Shown: positions 1 to 11,755, counted from the stretch's first letter. The stretch is 64,000 nt of DNA from Podarcis cretensis (GCA_951804945.1 OX638152.1:37200001-37264000); one strand, 5' to 3'. Notes: generated by a model not told the origin, from the letters alone. Made by a program: numbers and translations.

Positions 1-399
1 TAAACTTCAAAAAGGTTTTTAATGCACAAGGAGGGGTTGCCATGTTGATAAAAACCACTTTGATGTTAGCAACAACACCTTCTCGAGGAAACATGAAGAA
101 AATCTTGCTAATGAATTTGTATGAAGAAGTACAAATTATTAAAGCAAGCATAGCTCAGTCCATGTGTAGATTATAAATGAGGGTGGCAGAAATTTTAAAC
201 TCAATTCAAACTAAGCGTATGTGATGTTATGGCACAGTTCACTACATTAAGCTGTTTCATTTGCTAGCATAGTAATGTTCATGTATTGATAGCTGAACTG
301 TAAGAATCCTCTCTCTTGAAAAGCAGGAAACATTGTTCATTGATGCAACAAAGGGTAATAACAAAACAAGATGCCACACTACTTTTATTTGCATTTTAG

Positions 400-487
400 G
401 TCAGCCTCAAAACATGTAGATAAAGACCTTGGAAATATAGAGGAAAACAAAAAGTTAGAAGAAAACAATCACAAATCGGAAGCTTGA
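400..487 (+). CDS. ALCAM: ALCAM (CD166) last coding exon, cytoplasmic tail and stop; exon continues as UTR to donor after 519
   Basis: Acceptor ttttag|G at 399/400. From 401 it reads SASKHVDKDLGNIEENKKLEENNHKSEA-TGA (stop 485-487), matching the recalled ALCAM C-terminus TASKHVNKDLGNMEENKKLEENNHKTEA. Donor CAG|GTAGGT at 519/520. Confidence 0.95.
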
Positions 488-519
488 GATAGAGAACTTG
501 TCAGTCACCACCATTCCAG

Positions 520-1793
520 GTAGGTGTGAACAACTTCATAATGTCGTCTATCTGTACTCTGGATATGATTTGAATGGCTTTTAGTCTCTGCATTGCTGAA
601 GTGTTGTACTATTTACACATCAAGATGAACCTAGGTTTATCTGCTCAACATTTGGAATGCCTTCAGAAACGCTTTCAGTTGCTTGAGGCTTTCTGTGGTG
701 TTATTTGGAAAACAGACAACGGTTATCACCTCACCAAGAGACAAACTTATCAATAGAATCTTATCAATTGTTATCAATAGAATCTGTTATCAGTAGAATC
801 TATCTAGGACTTCCTAAGACCTCTAAACACTTTAGCACCACACTGTTCACTAAAATAACAGAAGCAACTCCAGGGCTAAGTATAAACTCCTGGGTGTCTT
901 CTAGGTCAACCAGTGTGCCTGTTTTGACTGGATATGAACTCCTGGTTCAAACAGGCCACTCTGTCCACCACCAATCACTGCAATTTATCTATATGTCTCT
1001 GTACACCAGGGGCTCGGTGCTATTTGTTTAATATTTTTCTCGAAGGACAAAAGTTCCAAAGAATATCTAGCCATGACAGATTACAGGTAAGTTGTGCTGC
1101 TTCAAAGCAGTAAGTTGGACTGGGTTTGTTCTGATGGCAATTCTATACCACTGTGAAGAGACTTTCTTTTCAGAAGCCGTGTGCTAGCACTCTCCAGAAG
1201 CAAAGTATGAATAGTTTTTTGGTCTAAAAAAATAATCTGGAAACATTTCAGAATGAGTAACACTGGGACCAAGACTCAAGAGTTAGACTGTGTACATCCT
1301 GGGCTAAGTGTAGTCTACCCCTTACAGAGCTGCAATTTCTAGCACACTTTACAATCTACAGTTACCAATATTGGGGGTGGGGTGGGGGAAGGATGCTTTA
1401 ATTGTATGCAAGACAAGACAAAGAGCTAAGGCAAAAAACAGAATGCAGTCAATGTTTAGGAAAGCCTTAGGAACAGAGCCTCGGGCAACAGGGCCAACAC
1501 TGATCAAGGGCTTGCTCAGCACTGTCATGGCACCTTTTCAAAAGTCAGTCGAGAGATTCAAAACCATTTATGATTTTGGAAAATATTTTTTACACTTGCT
1601 GGCAAATTATAATGCACTCTTCATTGTTGTGTGTTTCACGGTGTTCTATGGTAGCCTTCATTTATTTCTTCCTTTTTTATTTTTATGGCATGCATTTTAT
1701 GTGGGAAAACTAATATCCCTCGCTCCCCCCATTTCTGTATTATCATCAACATACAAGTTTATCTCGACTGACCTTGTTATTTCTCGTTTTCAG
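520..1793 (+). other. ALCAM: ALCAM 3'UTR intron
   Basis: GT at 520-521. Branch-like CTGAC at 1768-1772, pyrimidine tract and CAG acceptor at 1791-1793. The downstream sequence resembles the recalled mammalian ALCAM 3'UTR. Confidence 0.85.
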
Positions 1794-3630
1794 AGAATAA
1801 ACATAGACCAACTGAAGCATGAACATGGATTGTATTTAAGATATATACAAAGACATGACAGCTATTCATGGTTCAAGTATTACACAGATCATTCTATCAA
1901 GTTTTCGAGGAATTTACACAGTTATCTCAAAGCTTACAAAAATATCAGCAAAACTAATTTTGGTGGCAGCCGTGATAATAGGTCACAAGTTTGTGTTCTG
2001 TTTGAATATCTTTTCTCTTTTTTTTTCTTTTTTTGTAAATGTCTGCACTGAAGATTTCGTTTGGTTTGCCTTTATGTAAATTTTTTACGTAGCTATTTTT
2101 ATACACTGTAAGGCTTTGTTCTGGGAGTCGCTGGTAATCTGATGTATAGTGTAATGTTTTTATTTCCATTGTTTTTTGCACCCTTTAAAGAGGTACATTT
2201 CTAATTCTGATTGCTATCAGTAAAGCTCTTACTTTGCACAGCAAGTATCTAATTTATAAGATTGCCTTATGGGAAAATGAGACACTTCTCTCTATGTTTT
2301 TCAATCACCACTAAAGGAAAAAGGGGGGAATAAATCTGTAAAAAAAAAAATAAGTAAAAGCAAACTAACCGGTTTTTGAAATAATGAACACCTGCTCAAC
2401 TACAAAGGACATGTATATAATTTACAAAAGGAGAGTAAGGTATTAAACAAGATTCATGTTGTCATGTATACAGATGTCCTACTAACACGTCTTTTTTAGA
2501 CAGGAAAATCTTTTTATTGATAGCATTCTGGAAAACTAATTGTTATTGCAATTCCATGATATATAGTGTGAATGACTGAAATTAAGAATTAGTTCTGAAA
2601 TATTTTTGTTATCCACTGCCTTAAATATTATCTATCTTTTTATTTTAAAAGAAAAAAAGATCAGTTGAAATTGGAAGTTTTTGGGTTTTTTTAAGTGGTC
2701 ATATCAAAGCTGCATTTTTCCACAAAATAGAATATATATTTTTGTGTGTGTGCGTTTTTGTTAACTACACTACAGATATTGCACCTTGAGATAATTTTAG
2801 TGTTTTTAACTGGTACATAATTTATCAAAAAGGTACATGAAATTGTAACAATGAAATGAAATCTATGTATCTTTAGTTACATTCAAGATTGTAACTTTAT
2901 AAACCTGTTTTATGCTTGAGAATTTTTTTAGAAAGTTAGCATAAAAAGAAACATTTGAATAGATCGGGGCAAATAGACAGCAGTATTTAGCAGTGCTCTT
3001 TTAGCGAAAGAATAGCATCTGAGAGAATGTGCTAGATAATTTTTGATAACGGCAGGAAAATATTACTGGAATGGAAGTTTCTGTTTACAGATTTACGAGC
3101 CAGGAAAACAGGAAGATTCTGTAGATTGTGGGGAATTTAAGAAGAAGAAGAATGGAGATGGAAATTAGGAAATGTATTTTGCCACTTAGGGGGGAAAAAC
3201 ACTGTTGTAAATTTGTAAAATGTTAAATGTCTGGGCAGTAGTGACTGATGTCTTAAATAAAAGCTTCCTGTAGTGTACTGGCATGGATTAAATACATGAA
3301 ATGTCCTATAAATTCAATACTGTATAAAATATTACAGAAAAAAAACTGTTAAAGTCCTCTCTGCATTGGTTAAGGCTTTATTTGGCAGGGGAACAAAAAA
3401 ATTAATCTTGGTCAATGTTTAAACCAAAGTTAAAAGGGGGATAAAACCAAAGTCATTTGTTTTGCATGGCAAAGCCATTTATGATATCTTTGTAAATACT
3501 GTGGTTTGTTTTTTTTCCTTTTTCCTTTTTCTTTTCTTTTTTTTTAGAATTTTGTTTTTTTAAAAAAAAATCTAAAATTTTTAAGCACCTGTTTTCCAAA
3601 ATAAAATGTGAACACACACAAAAAAAGATT
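1794..3630 (+). other. ALCAM: ALCAM terminal non-coding exon (3'UTR)
   Basis: Blocks such as GACCAACTGAAGCATGAAC..GGATTGTATTTAAGA, GTAAATGTCTGCACTGA and TTTTTTACGTAGCTATTTTTATACACTGTAA resemble the mammalian ALCAM 3'UTR. AT-rich and free of recognisable repeats. The end is estimated from the poly(A) signal. Confidence 0.8.
3600..3605 (+). terminator. Candidate ALCAM poly(A) signal AATAAA (a more proximal AATAAA at 3256-3261)
   Basis: AATAAA followed by CA-rich cleavage region and a T/GT-rich tract (ttttgttttggcgtg, ~3638-3653). Confidence 0.6.
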
Positions 3631-4452
3631 ATATATAATTTTGTTTTGGCGTGAAGACATCATTGCTTATAAGAGAAGATTCAATTGGTGTGAGTACAGT
3701 AAAGGGAAAAGACTTGCACTGCGATATCATGTCTTTTAAGTTTTATGAAACGTAAGCATACAAAAGTAGTCCCATTAACAAAAGGATCTCTCCTGATCTG
3801 TAAGAGAGCCATGCAACTGACCAGACTTGAAACAAGAGTGGACACCAAAAAATGAAAGTGCTCAACTTCTGCATCCAGTGTCATTATGGGAAACCAAACT
3901 CTCACCTTTTGAATTTCTACTGGCCATTCCAATGTAATTCTTGGGGGGTGTTTTCTTCACTGTTGACATCAGACATGTTTCAGGAATCAACAGTACAAAT
4001 TAATTGTTGCAATTCATGCCTGAAAGACAATAAAAGTGAAGTATGTTTTCACATTCCTGTCTGACATTTCAGTTCAAGTGGGATATTCATACCTGCATGA
4101 AATAGCTCAGTAATTTGGTTGGCATGGGTTCTGGTCAGGCAGATGCTTTTGCACATGCATAACTTCAGTCTGTTAGTGCCAAGAGACTGGACAGCTGGGA
4201 GTGGTAGTACAGAGGACATTTGGAAGTTACTCATGCACACAGCAGGACAAAGAGATGGGCAAGACAAAAGGGGATAGTAAAGTAGCAGAGAAAACACATT
4301 CAGGTGCAACCCAGAGAAAGTAATAGACTCAAGTCCTATGGTAATCAGTGAACCACAGCACACAGTGGAGAACTCAAGTACTATTGTTTCCACTGGGATT
4401 TTTTTTTAAGAACTCAACTTTTGCTGGCTTGGGTCTGGCCCATGAAGAGATA

Positions 4453-4803
4453 AAGGTAAAGGGACCCCTGACCATTAGGTCCAGTCGTGACTGACTCTGG
4501 GGTTGCGGCGCTCATCTTGCTTTATTGGCCGAGGGAGCCGGTGTACAGCTTCCGGGTCATGTGGCCAGCATGACTAAGCCGCTTCTGGCGAACCAGAGCA
4601 GCGCACAGAAACACCGTTTACCTTCCCGCCGGAGCGGTACCTATTTATCTACTTGCACTTTGACGTGCTTTTGAACTGCTAGGTTGGCAGCAGCAGGGAC
4701 CGAGCAACGGGAGCTCACCCCGTCGCGGGGATTCGAACTGCCGACTTTCTGATCGGCAAGTCCTAGGCTCTGTGGTTTAACCCACAGCGCCACCTGTGTC
4801 CCT
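4453..4803 (-). mobile_element. Full-length Sauria (Squam1-type) SINE with 28-bp TSD
   Basis: Reverse strand has a tRNA-like head GGGACACAGGTGGCGCTGTGGGTTAAACC..GTTCGAATCCCC and a (ACCTTT)n tail. Identical 28-mers flank it at 4425-4452 and 4804-4831. Confidence 0.9.
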
Positions 4804-5378
4804 TGGCTTGGGTCTGGCCCATGAAGAGATAGGGAAGAATAATTATGCATATTGCATACTGGGTAGACAGATGAAAAAGAGCTTGGGAAAGGTCCAAGTC
4901 TCATGGATGCAAGCTACCCAGAGAACTCTGAAATGCTCTCCAACATATTGAGGCAAAAAACTGAGATGCGCATCTTCCTCGCCATGCTCCCACACAAGAG
5001 CACAGTGCCCCAAAACTGGATCTCCTGATTTAATTGGGGCAGTGGAGCAGTGTGTTTTGATATTTTATGCACCCGTGCATGCAAGTATGGCTGGATGGAA
5101 AATGGTAAGAAGGCTTCTTTGACTTCCCTTTCATTCTGTGATTAAAGAATGAGTCTGACTCTTGTGCAGAGGACAGGGTAAATGCTCACACGAGGCCTTT
5201 GCTGTTTGTAAGTGGTGACAGATGACAAGGTAAAAAATTGTTAAAAATATAGAAACTTAAAAATGGGCTATGTTAAATTCAGTTATTAAAAAGATTGTAG
5301 GAAAAGGAAATACCACATTTGCAAGTAGGCGGGATTGGAGCGACAGGAGGAAGAGAATGGATTAGGCCTTGGAAGTAC

Positions 5379-5622
5379 AGAAGAAGAGTTTGGATTTGAT
5401 ATCCCGCTTTATCACTACCCTAAGGAGTCTCAAAGCGGCTGACATTCTCCTTTCCCTTCCTCCCCCTCAACAAACACTCTGTGAGGTGAGTGGGGCTGAG
5501 AGACTTCAGAGAAGTATGACTAGCCCAAGGTCACCCAGCAGCTGCATGTGGAGGAGCGGGGAAGCGAACCTGGTTCACCAGATTATGAGAGCACTGTTCT
5601 TAACCACTACACCACACAGGGC
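5379..5622 (-). mobile_element. Squam3-type tRNA-derived SINE
   Basis: Reverse complement of the 13410 copy: GTGTGGTGTAGTGGTTAAGA head, GGGTGACCTTGGGCTAGTCA core, ATCAAATCCAAACTCTTCTT tail. Confidence 0.85.
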
Positions 5623-6371
5623 AATGAAATGGGGCACAAAGCTAAAAACGGGGCTGTGAGGCTTCCTCTCTATTAGGAAAGTGACTTTGGGTCCCTACCA
5701 GGTTACAACCTCCAATTTACCAACTGTCGTCACTCGAGCTCCATACAGGAACAGGAAATATCCACAATGGGAGTGAGACTGGATATGCCATGCAAATCAG
5801 CCTCACTGTCCCCAATGCTTTCTACCCACTTCCACTTGAATGAGAATAGAACTCTCCCTGCAACCAGAAACCCAGATAAAGGAAGCTTCCCAATCATGCA
5901 GCAAATTCTACTCACGTTGAAATTAAAGTACATAGAAGCCCCCTCCAGACTTTTGAAGCAGGAAAGTTAGGAGCTCAGCAGACACAGATGTTGATGAAAT
6001 GGGTGCCTGTGCCACCCAAGGCTCCTTACACAGCTCGTTCCTTGTTCAAGCATATGCAGCCTTTGGGGGCAGGGCCTCAGGCTCCTAGCTAGAGTCCTAC
6101 ATCTTGCTTGGGCATAAGGCCTGAACAGGATTTCAGCCCTTTTCAAAAATAGATGGCTCAATAATTCTCAATAATTCAGTGCCTTTATCTAGCTCGCTCA
6201 CTATTCTACTGCATTTTGCATCTTTTCTCAGGGCAGCCTACACAATGGCATTGTATCTACCAAAAGCAAACTCGGTGTTCCAAATTCTGCTCCTTACATA
6301 GCCAAAATGGCACAAGAGAGAGTGGTCAGCTGGTTTGGGGGGAAGTTCAAAATGAAGGAGGAGGAGAAGGA

Positions 6372-6677
6372 GGAAAAGAAGAAGAAGAAGAATTTATTAT
6401 TTATACCCCGCCCATCTGGCTGACTTTCCCCAGCCACTCTGGGTGGCTCCCAATCAAGTGTTAAAAACAGTACAGCATTAAATATTAAAAACTTCCCTGA
6501 ACAGGGCTGCCTTCAGATGTCTTTTAAAGATAGGATAGCTGCTTATTTCCTTCACATCTGAAGGGAGGGTGTTTCACAGGGTGGGCGCCACTACCAAGAA
6601 GGTCCTCTGTCTGGTTCCCTATAACCTCACTTCTCGCAATGAGGGAACCGCCAAAAGGCTCTCGGCGCTGGATCTCA
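6372..6677 (-). mobile_element. L2-type LINE 3' end fragment
   Basis: Reverse strand resembles squamate L2 3' ends (GTAGTGGCGCCCACCCTGTG..CCCTCCC, AAAGACATCTGAAGGCAGCCCTG, GATGGGCGGGGTATAAATAATAAA) followed by a (TTC)n tail. Confidence 0.7.
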
Positions 6678-7701
6678 GAAGAAGTAGTAGTGGTGTGGCT
6701 GAGCCTGTCAAAAGAGAAATATAGAGTGACTGGAATAGTGTCCTAGAAGGCAGCACTGATGGATTAGCTGTAACGCTGAACCGGAACAAACTACACTACA
6801 CCATTTTGTTGCAGAACATAGTAGTATTCCATATAAGCCTATGGCCACACTAAAGATGTCGTTTTGATCCATGCTGCTTTTGCGTCTATCTGCTCCCCCT
6901 TTGCATCCTGTATCCTTAATGTATTGAATCAATCTATGGGTAATCAGACTCTTTCCCAGGGATGCCTGGCAACAGGACTAATTTTGATTGGCCTCCTCCC
7001 ATGTCTCCAATAACTCTGGCAAGAACTGTGAAATTGTGTATCCACAAGTATCGATTGTATTTGCTTTTAACAAAAGACTGTCTGTATTCATTGAAAGCCC
7101 GAGTGGTCTTTGAGTTATTTCTCTTTGATCCAGATTATGGGATTTCCCCATAAAAACTGCAGTGATGGGAGAAGTTGCAGCTGGTCCGATTTCCCCACCT
7201 ATGCAAGTTTTAAAGGAAACCCATGTGGCTTTTATTATAATTTTATATTATTTATATTCTGCTACATTCCACAGACTCAGAGCTGCTAACAACAGGTTGT
7301 ACTAAATGTTAATAGTGCTGCAAGTTTAAGTGGGATTGGGTGATAGTTTCTTTGGAGCTCTGCCTAGGAGGGAGATAGTTCTTCACTCCCAGGTTTTAGA
7401 GGGCACAAGCAGCAACATGTCAACTGAGACCTTTGGAAAACGTGGCACAAAGTAGGTTGGACTGCAAGCACATTTTGGCCCATCAGTGTAGACAGTGTGG
7501 CAATGATATTCTTCAACAAGAAAAGTGACTAACTATTCCATATGTATCCTCAGCTGTTGCTATTGTGGCTTGTGAAGGCCAGGTTACATTACAAATATAA
7601 CAGACTTCCTTGCAACCTGGATCCTGTGGCCAAGGTTATATTCCTTAAGAGCAATTACCTAAGCGTCCAAAATTTGCAAAACAGGAGAAGAAAGTTATAT
7701 A

Positions 7702-7940
7702 CAGTGGTACCTCTGGTTACAGACGCTTCAGGTTACAGACGCTTCAGGTTACAGACTCCGCTAACCCAGAAATAATACGTTGGGTTAAGAACTTTGTTTC
7801 AGGATGAGAACAGAAACCACATGGCAGCGCAGCAGCAGCGGGACACCCCATTAGCTAAAGTGGTACCTCAGGTTAAGAACAGTTTCAGGTTAAGAACGGA
7901 CCTCCAGAACGAATTAAGTTCTTAACCTGAGGTACCACTG
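7702..7940. mobile_element. Tc1/mariner (Tigger/pogo-like) MITE, family A
   Basis: TIRs CAGTGGTACCTC / GAGGTACCACTG with TA on both sides. Homologous copies at 19193, 28310, 51954 and 63434. Confidence 0.9.
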
Positions 7941-8039
7941 TACATAAAAAAAAGGAACGTGGGCTATTTGTAACAGATTGAGGAGCGGAGAAATCGAGCA
8001 ACACCCACCCACACACCAACACGACAATGCTACACATAA

Positions 8040-9672
8040 GTTTCAAATTGGGATTGATGAAAGTAGAACCTATAACGAACCGTCACCAAATATAATAACA
8101 ATGTCCACTTTATATTAATACCAGTAAAGTTCCCAGCAGGCACCAAACAAGGCTGTATTCTTCACCCCACATCTATTTAATCTATTTTGAAAGATATGAA
8201 ACAACATCTACTCGTTGTGAATGGCCACCCTCCTAGGTTAGGACCTAAGGCAGTGGCCATACTTTTATATGCAGACTCTCCTCTCCTGCACCAGAGTTGG
8301 GCTCCAAAGGTTTCTAAAAGCATTCTTTCATTACTGCCAAGGAAATCACCGAGCAATTAATTACTAAAAATCCAAGATCTTGGTATTTTTAAAGAGTTGG
8401 CATCCATCTAAATCAGGCTTCCTCAAGCTCGGCCCTCCAGATGTTTTTGGCTTACAACTCCCATGATCTCTAGCTATGGTTAGGGATGCTGGGAATTGTA
8501 GTCTCAAAACATCTGGAGGGCCGAGTTTGAGGAAGCCTGATCAAAATGGTGTATTGTGATCAAGAAATCGAACAAGTTAAAAGCTTTAAATACAATCTAA
8601 AATGGGTGACCCATCGTAACAGGATAACCAACCTAGCTAAATGCTCTGCAGAATGAATTAAATGATTCTATTTTTTTTATGGTAACCAGAATGTGCCTAC
8701 AGTGGTTAGGTTAGGACCTATAGCATAAAAAACTGTTTTGCAACTCCTTTATGGGATTCCCTTATGGATACCCGACTTTAACAACAAAGTTAAGGGTGTA
8801 CAGGCACCCTTCTTCCGACAAACTATAGGAGTTCCAAAATGTTTCTTCTATCTGGCTATATGTACAGAGTTAGGCCAGCATCTCTTAGAATCTAGGGGCT
8901 GGATTATGACTTCCAAATACTTGTTAAAAATTCACTTTAATACAGACCTGGGGAGTTCACTAACCTCTTTGTTGATAAATACACCTAATTTTACATGGTT
9001 TTCTCATGTTGCCCTCAAACTTAGGAATATAGGGATTGCAATAGATTCCCTTCTTCTATAGGAATGGCCACAAATTTTCTCCCTCATCAAGCAGAGACTG
9101 CTAGACCATGAGATCCAAAAATTCTACCCCTCCCAGCCTTTTGTATGTTCATCTGCTTACTTAGGATTGCAGCCCCACCATGGAATAATTCCTAATTACT
9201 TTTATAACTTATATACTCCATCACATAGCTTTTGTGCTAGCTCGTTTAAATGCATTCCCCTCATCTGTTTTGTTCAGTAGGTTTTAAAAAAACAAAAAAC
9301 CCTTCCAGAACATAGTCCGCTCCTGTAATAAGAAAACACCAGGTATAATACATCACTTGTTTTGGGATTGCCCTCTTCTCAACACCCTTCATAAAGATCT
9401 CCTAGTGACTCCCTTACAGCTTAAAAAAAAAGAAAACGATTTACAAAGAGTCTGTAATCCAATATTTGTTGAAGGATGATACGACCGGAACAAAGAAGAT
9501 TGTTTCGGGGTATCTAGCAGAGATCTTTAAAGCTAAAATTGCCTGATTTATTCAGTGGTGGCTATCCAGTCTTTTCAATATTGCATGTCTTTGGATTATT
9601 AATGTATTCACATGACTTTGTATGGTTTTATTGTTTAAACTTATGCCAATAAAGGTCAATAACATCAATAAC
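8040..9672 (+). mobile_element. Decayed non-LTR retrotransposon (RT C-terminal half plus 3' end), clade unresolved
   Basis: Remnant RT motifs GTKQGCIL (~8139), LLYAD (~8260) and EIEQVKSFKY (~8563); C-terminal HLFWDCP (~9355); 3' GCCAATAAAGG plus short tandem tail (CAATAACAT)2. Many stops and frameshifts. Confidence 0.75.
8414..8539. mobile_element. hAT-type palindromic MITE nested in the LINE remnant
   Basis: TIRs CAGGCTTCCTCAA / TTGAGGAAGCCTG. 8-bp TSD ATCTAAAT / ATCAAAAT (7/8). Confidence 0.85.
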
Positions 9673-10045
9673 ATCCGAAACCCAGCAGACTGCACTTCAC
9701 CACCGGGGTTAGATAGCTGTGGTGCTCCTGACGACTCTCTCTGTCATAGGCTGCTAGCACTTATCTTTCAGATTCTGTCCCATGCAGACTTCCTCAGCAC
9801 CCCTCTCAGAGCAGTTCTCCCAGACTTCGCTCGTCCACTTTTGGAATTATGCCCTGTCCCTGGCACAATCAAAAGCCTCCTCCTCCTCCTTCTCAGTCCC
9901 CCTTCTCACTAGCCCAGTTGCTTGTCGATGACTGCCGACTCAATCTGTTGCTTAGCAACTTGGGGAAAAGGGGATCGTCAAGGCAAGCTGCTTCATCTTT
10001 GTTTCAAATGAAAATCAGCAAGTGAGTCCTGCTACAAAATGTTAC

Positions 10046-10072
<27 letters not shown>
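10046..10072. repeat. (CA)n microsatellite
   Basis: Run of about 13 CA units. Confidence 0.95.
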
Positions 10073-10077
<5 letters not shown>

Positions 10078-11643
10078 GGCATCCCCCTTCCAGGACACAC
10101 TGTTTCATTCTTCCTGCCTCACCCATGAAATGCTCACTGAGCATGCTCAGTTCTTGTTTGGCTACTTCCCTGTATGTCCTTCCCCATAAAACAATAGTCA
10201 ACCCTCAAAAGGTCTATCCTTTTGTAGAACCTTGAAGATATCAGGCTCCATATATGCTTAACATTTCTCTCATGCTTGGCGAAAGGAATTAATCATGTAT
10301 GCTTTATACAAAATGTAACCATGATCCTATAGTCACATGTGTGCAAATGTTATCAATTTACTTTCAGACAAAAAGCTACATTTTTATGGAACTACACAGA
10401 ATTCTTCAAAAAGTTAACTATGAAAATATCCAGGGAGCCTTTGCCAAGGTAGCCAGTTTTCATACACACTGCTTTCTCTCTTTTTCAAGTGCAGGTAGAT
10501 AACTGCCTAGGCACAGAGTGTTTTAGCGTGCCAAATACCACACACTGGATTGTGAACAGTTGCAATGATCCAGGAGCACGAGATCTTCATTCAACTCATT
10601 TGAACATTTAAATGACAAAATCAAATTGTGGCAATAACTCATTAAACATTTCTAAGAGAGCAGGAGAACAGCTCTCTCTCAAAGCTTATGAGTCACAACC
10701 TCAACTGCTGCAAATTAGCATCAAGCTAACAGTCAACAATTTGATCCTAAACGATTTTGCAAATTTGCTCCAATTGAGCATCAAATCATGCTATGAATTT
10801 CTAGATTAAAGGAACAGGGAGTCTGTGTGTTCATAAAGGGAGTGTGTAGCTTCCCTTCCACATCCCAGTGTCAATATGGACACTATTTGAAAGTAGGGTT
10901 GCAATTGCAACACTTTTTTTTTCCTCTTCCCCAAACGACCAGAGGGATGTGCTTTTCATTTTGAAATTAAGCCTTCTTGTAAACAAATCCTTCTTCAAAT
11001 GTGGCATGATAGCTAGCTTGGTAAACAAAGTATTATACACTCATTCTATTTACAGCAAATCTCAGAAGGTTTAAAAGGATTTAGGATTCATCTCTCCAAA
11101 TTAACACACATTCTGATTAGAAAAGTTACGTTATGGCACGATGCATCTCGCATTACAAGGGAGCTTTCCTAAAATGAAAGATAGAAAGAAAGGGTATGGC
11201 ATCTCTTTCCTGAGTTGCCATCCCCAACCCTTGTAATTAATCTGTCAAGCATGACAGCTTAAAACCCCGAGTTTAACACTTTGACATATCTCAGATTTTA
11301 AACAGCAACTTTACTTATCATTATTATGATGACTAATGCAAAGCTATTTGTTGGGAGATGGGAAGGAATGGAAGCACATCACCGAAAGCATTTTGCCTCA
11401 TTTACATTCAGGGCTGGCTCTCCCAAGGTGGTACAGAATTCAACCGTGATAGTTTCCTCATGTTTTTATTTGTGTGCAATTGGATGGAGAAGGGGTGCTT
11501 CGTACAAGAGGAGGGATGCTCTTAAGACATCCCAGTGACCATTTCTTGAAGGATGTGCCTGTTCAGTACACAGGACTAAAGGACTCATTTCACCCAGTGA
11601 AACACTTGTGGAAAACACATGCCTATTATTTTATAAAGCCCCA

Positions 11644-11755
11644 ATCATGGAATTGTAGAATTTGAAGGGACTACAAATCTTTTCCCCCCAAGTGGGGCTT
11701 AAACCCATAACCCTGAGATTAAGAGTCTCATGCTTTACCAGCTGAGCTATCCAGC
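11644..11755 (-). mobile_element. tRNA-Lys(CTT)-derived SINE (Squam2-like), internally deleted; not a functional tRNA
   Basis: Reverse strand 11755-11685 reads GCTGGATAGCTCAGCTGGTAAAGCATGAGACTCTTAATCTCAGGGTTATGGGTTTAAGCCCCACTTGGGGG (tRNA-Lys-like, B box mutated). It is followed by AAAAGATT and a CR1-like tail GTCCCTTCAAATTCTACAATTCCATGAT. Confidence 0.75.

Noticed and set aside
1373-1392. G-run cluster as a G-quadruplex
   Set aside because: Only three long G-tracts plus a GG; weak, and common in introns.
1371-2051. 226-aa ORF, the longest in the track
   Set aside because: Begins at a non-ATG codon, crosses the ALCAM intron/3'UTR boundary, has an F/L-rich composition from T-rich DNA and no recognisable domain.
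7702-7940. Short interspaced repeats (TTCAGGTTA) as a CRISPR-like array
   Set aside because: Vertebrate DNA; the repeats are internal to a dispersed MITE and have no unique spacers or cas genes.
11685-11755. Functional tRNA-Lys(CTT) gene
   Set aside because: The T-loop/B box is mutated (GGTTTAAG), the acceptor stem is broken and a retroposon tail follows.
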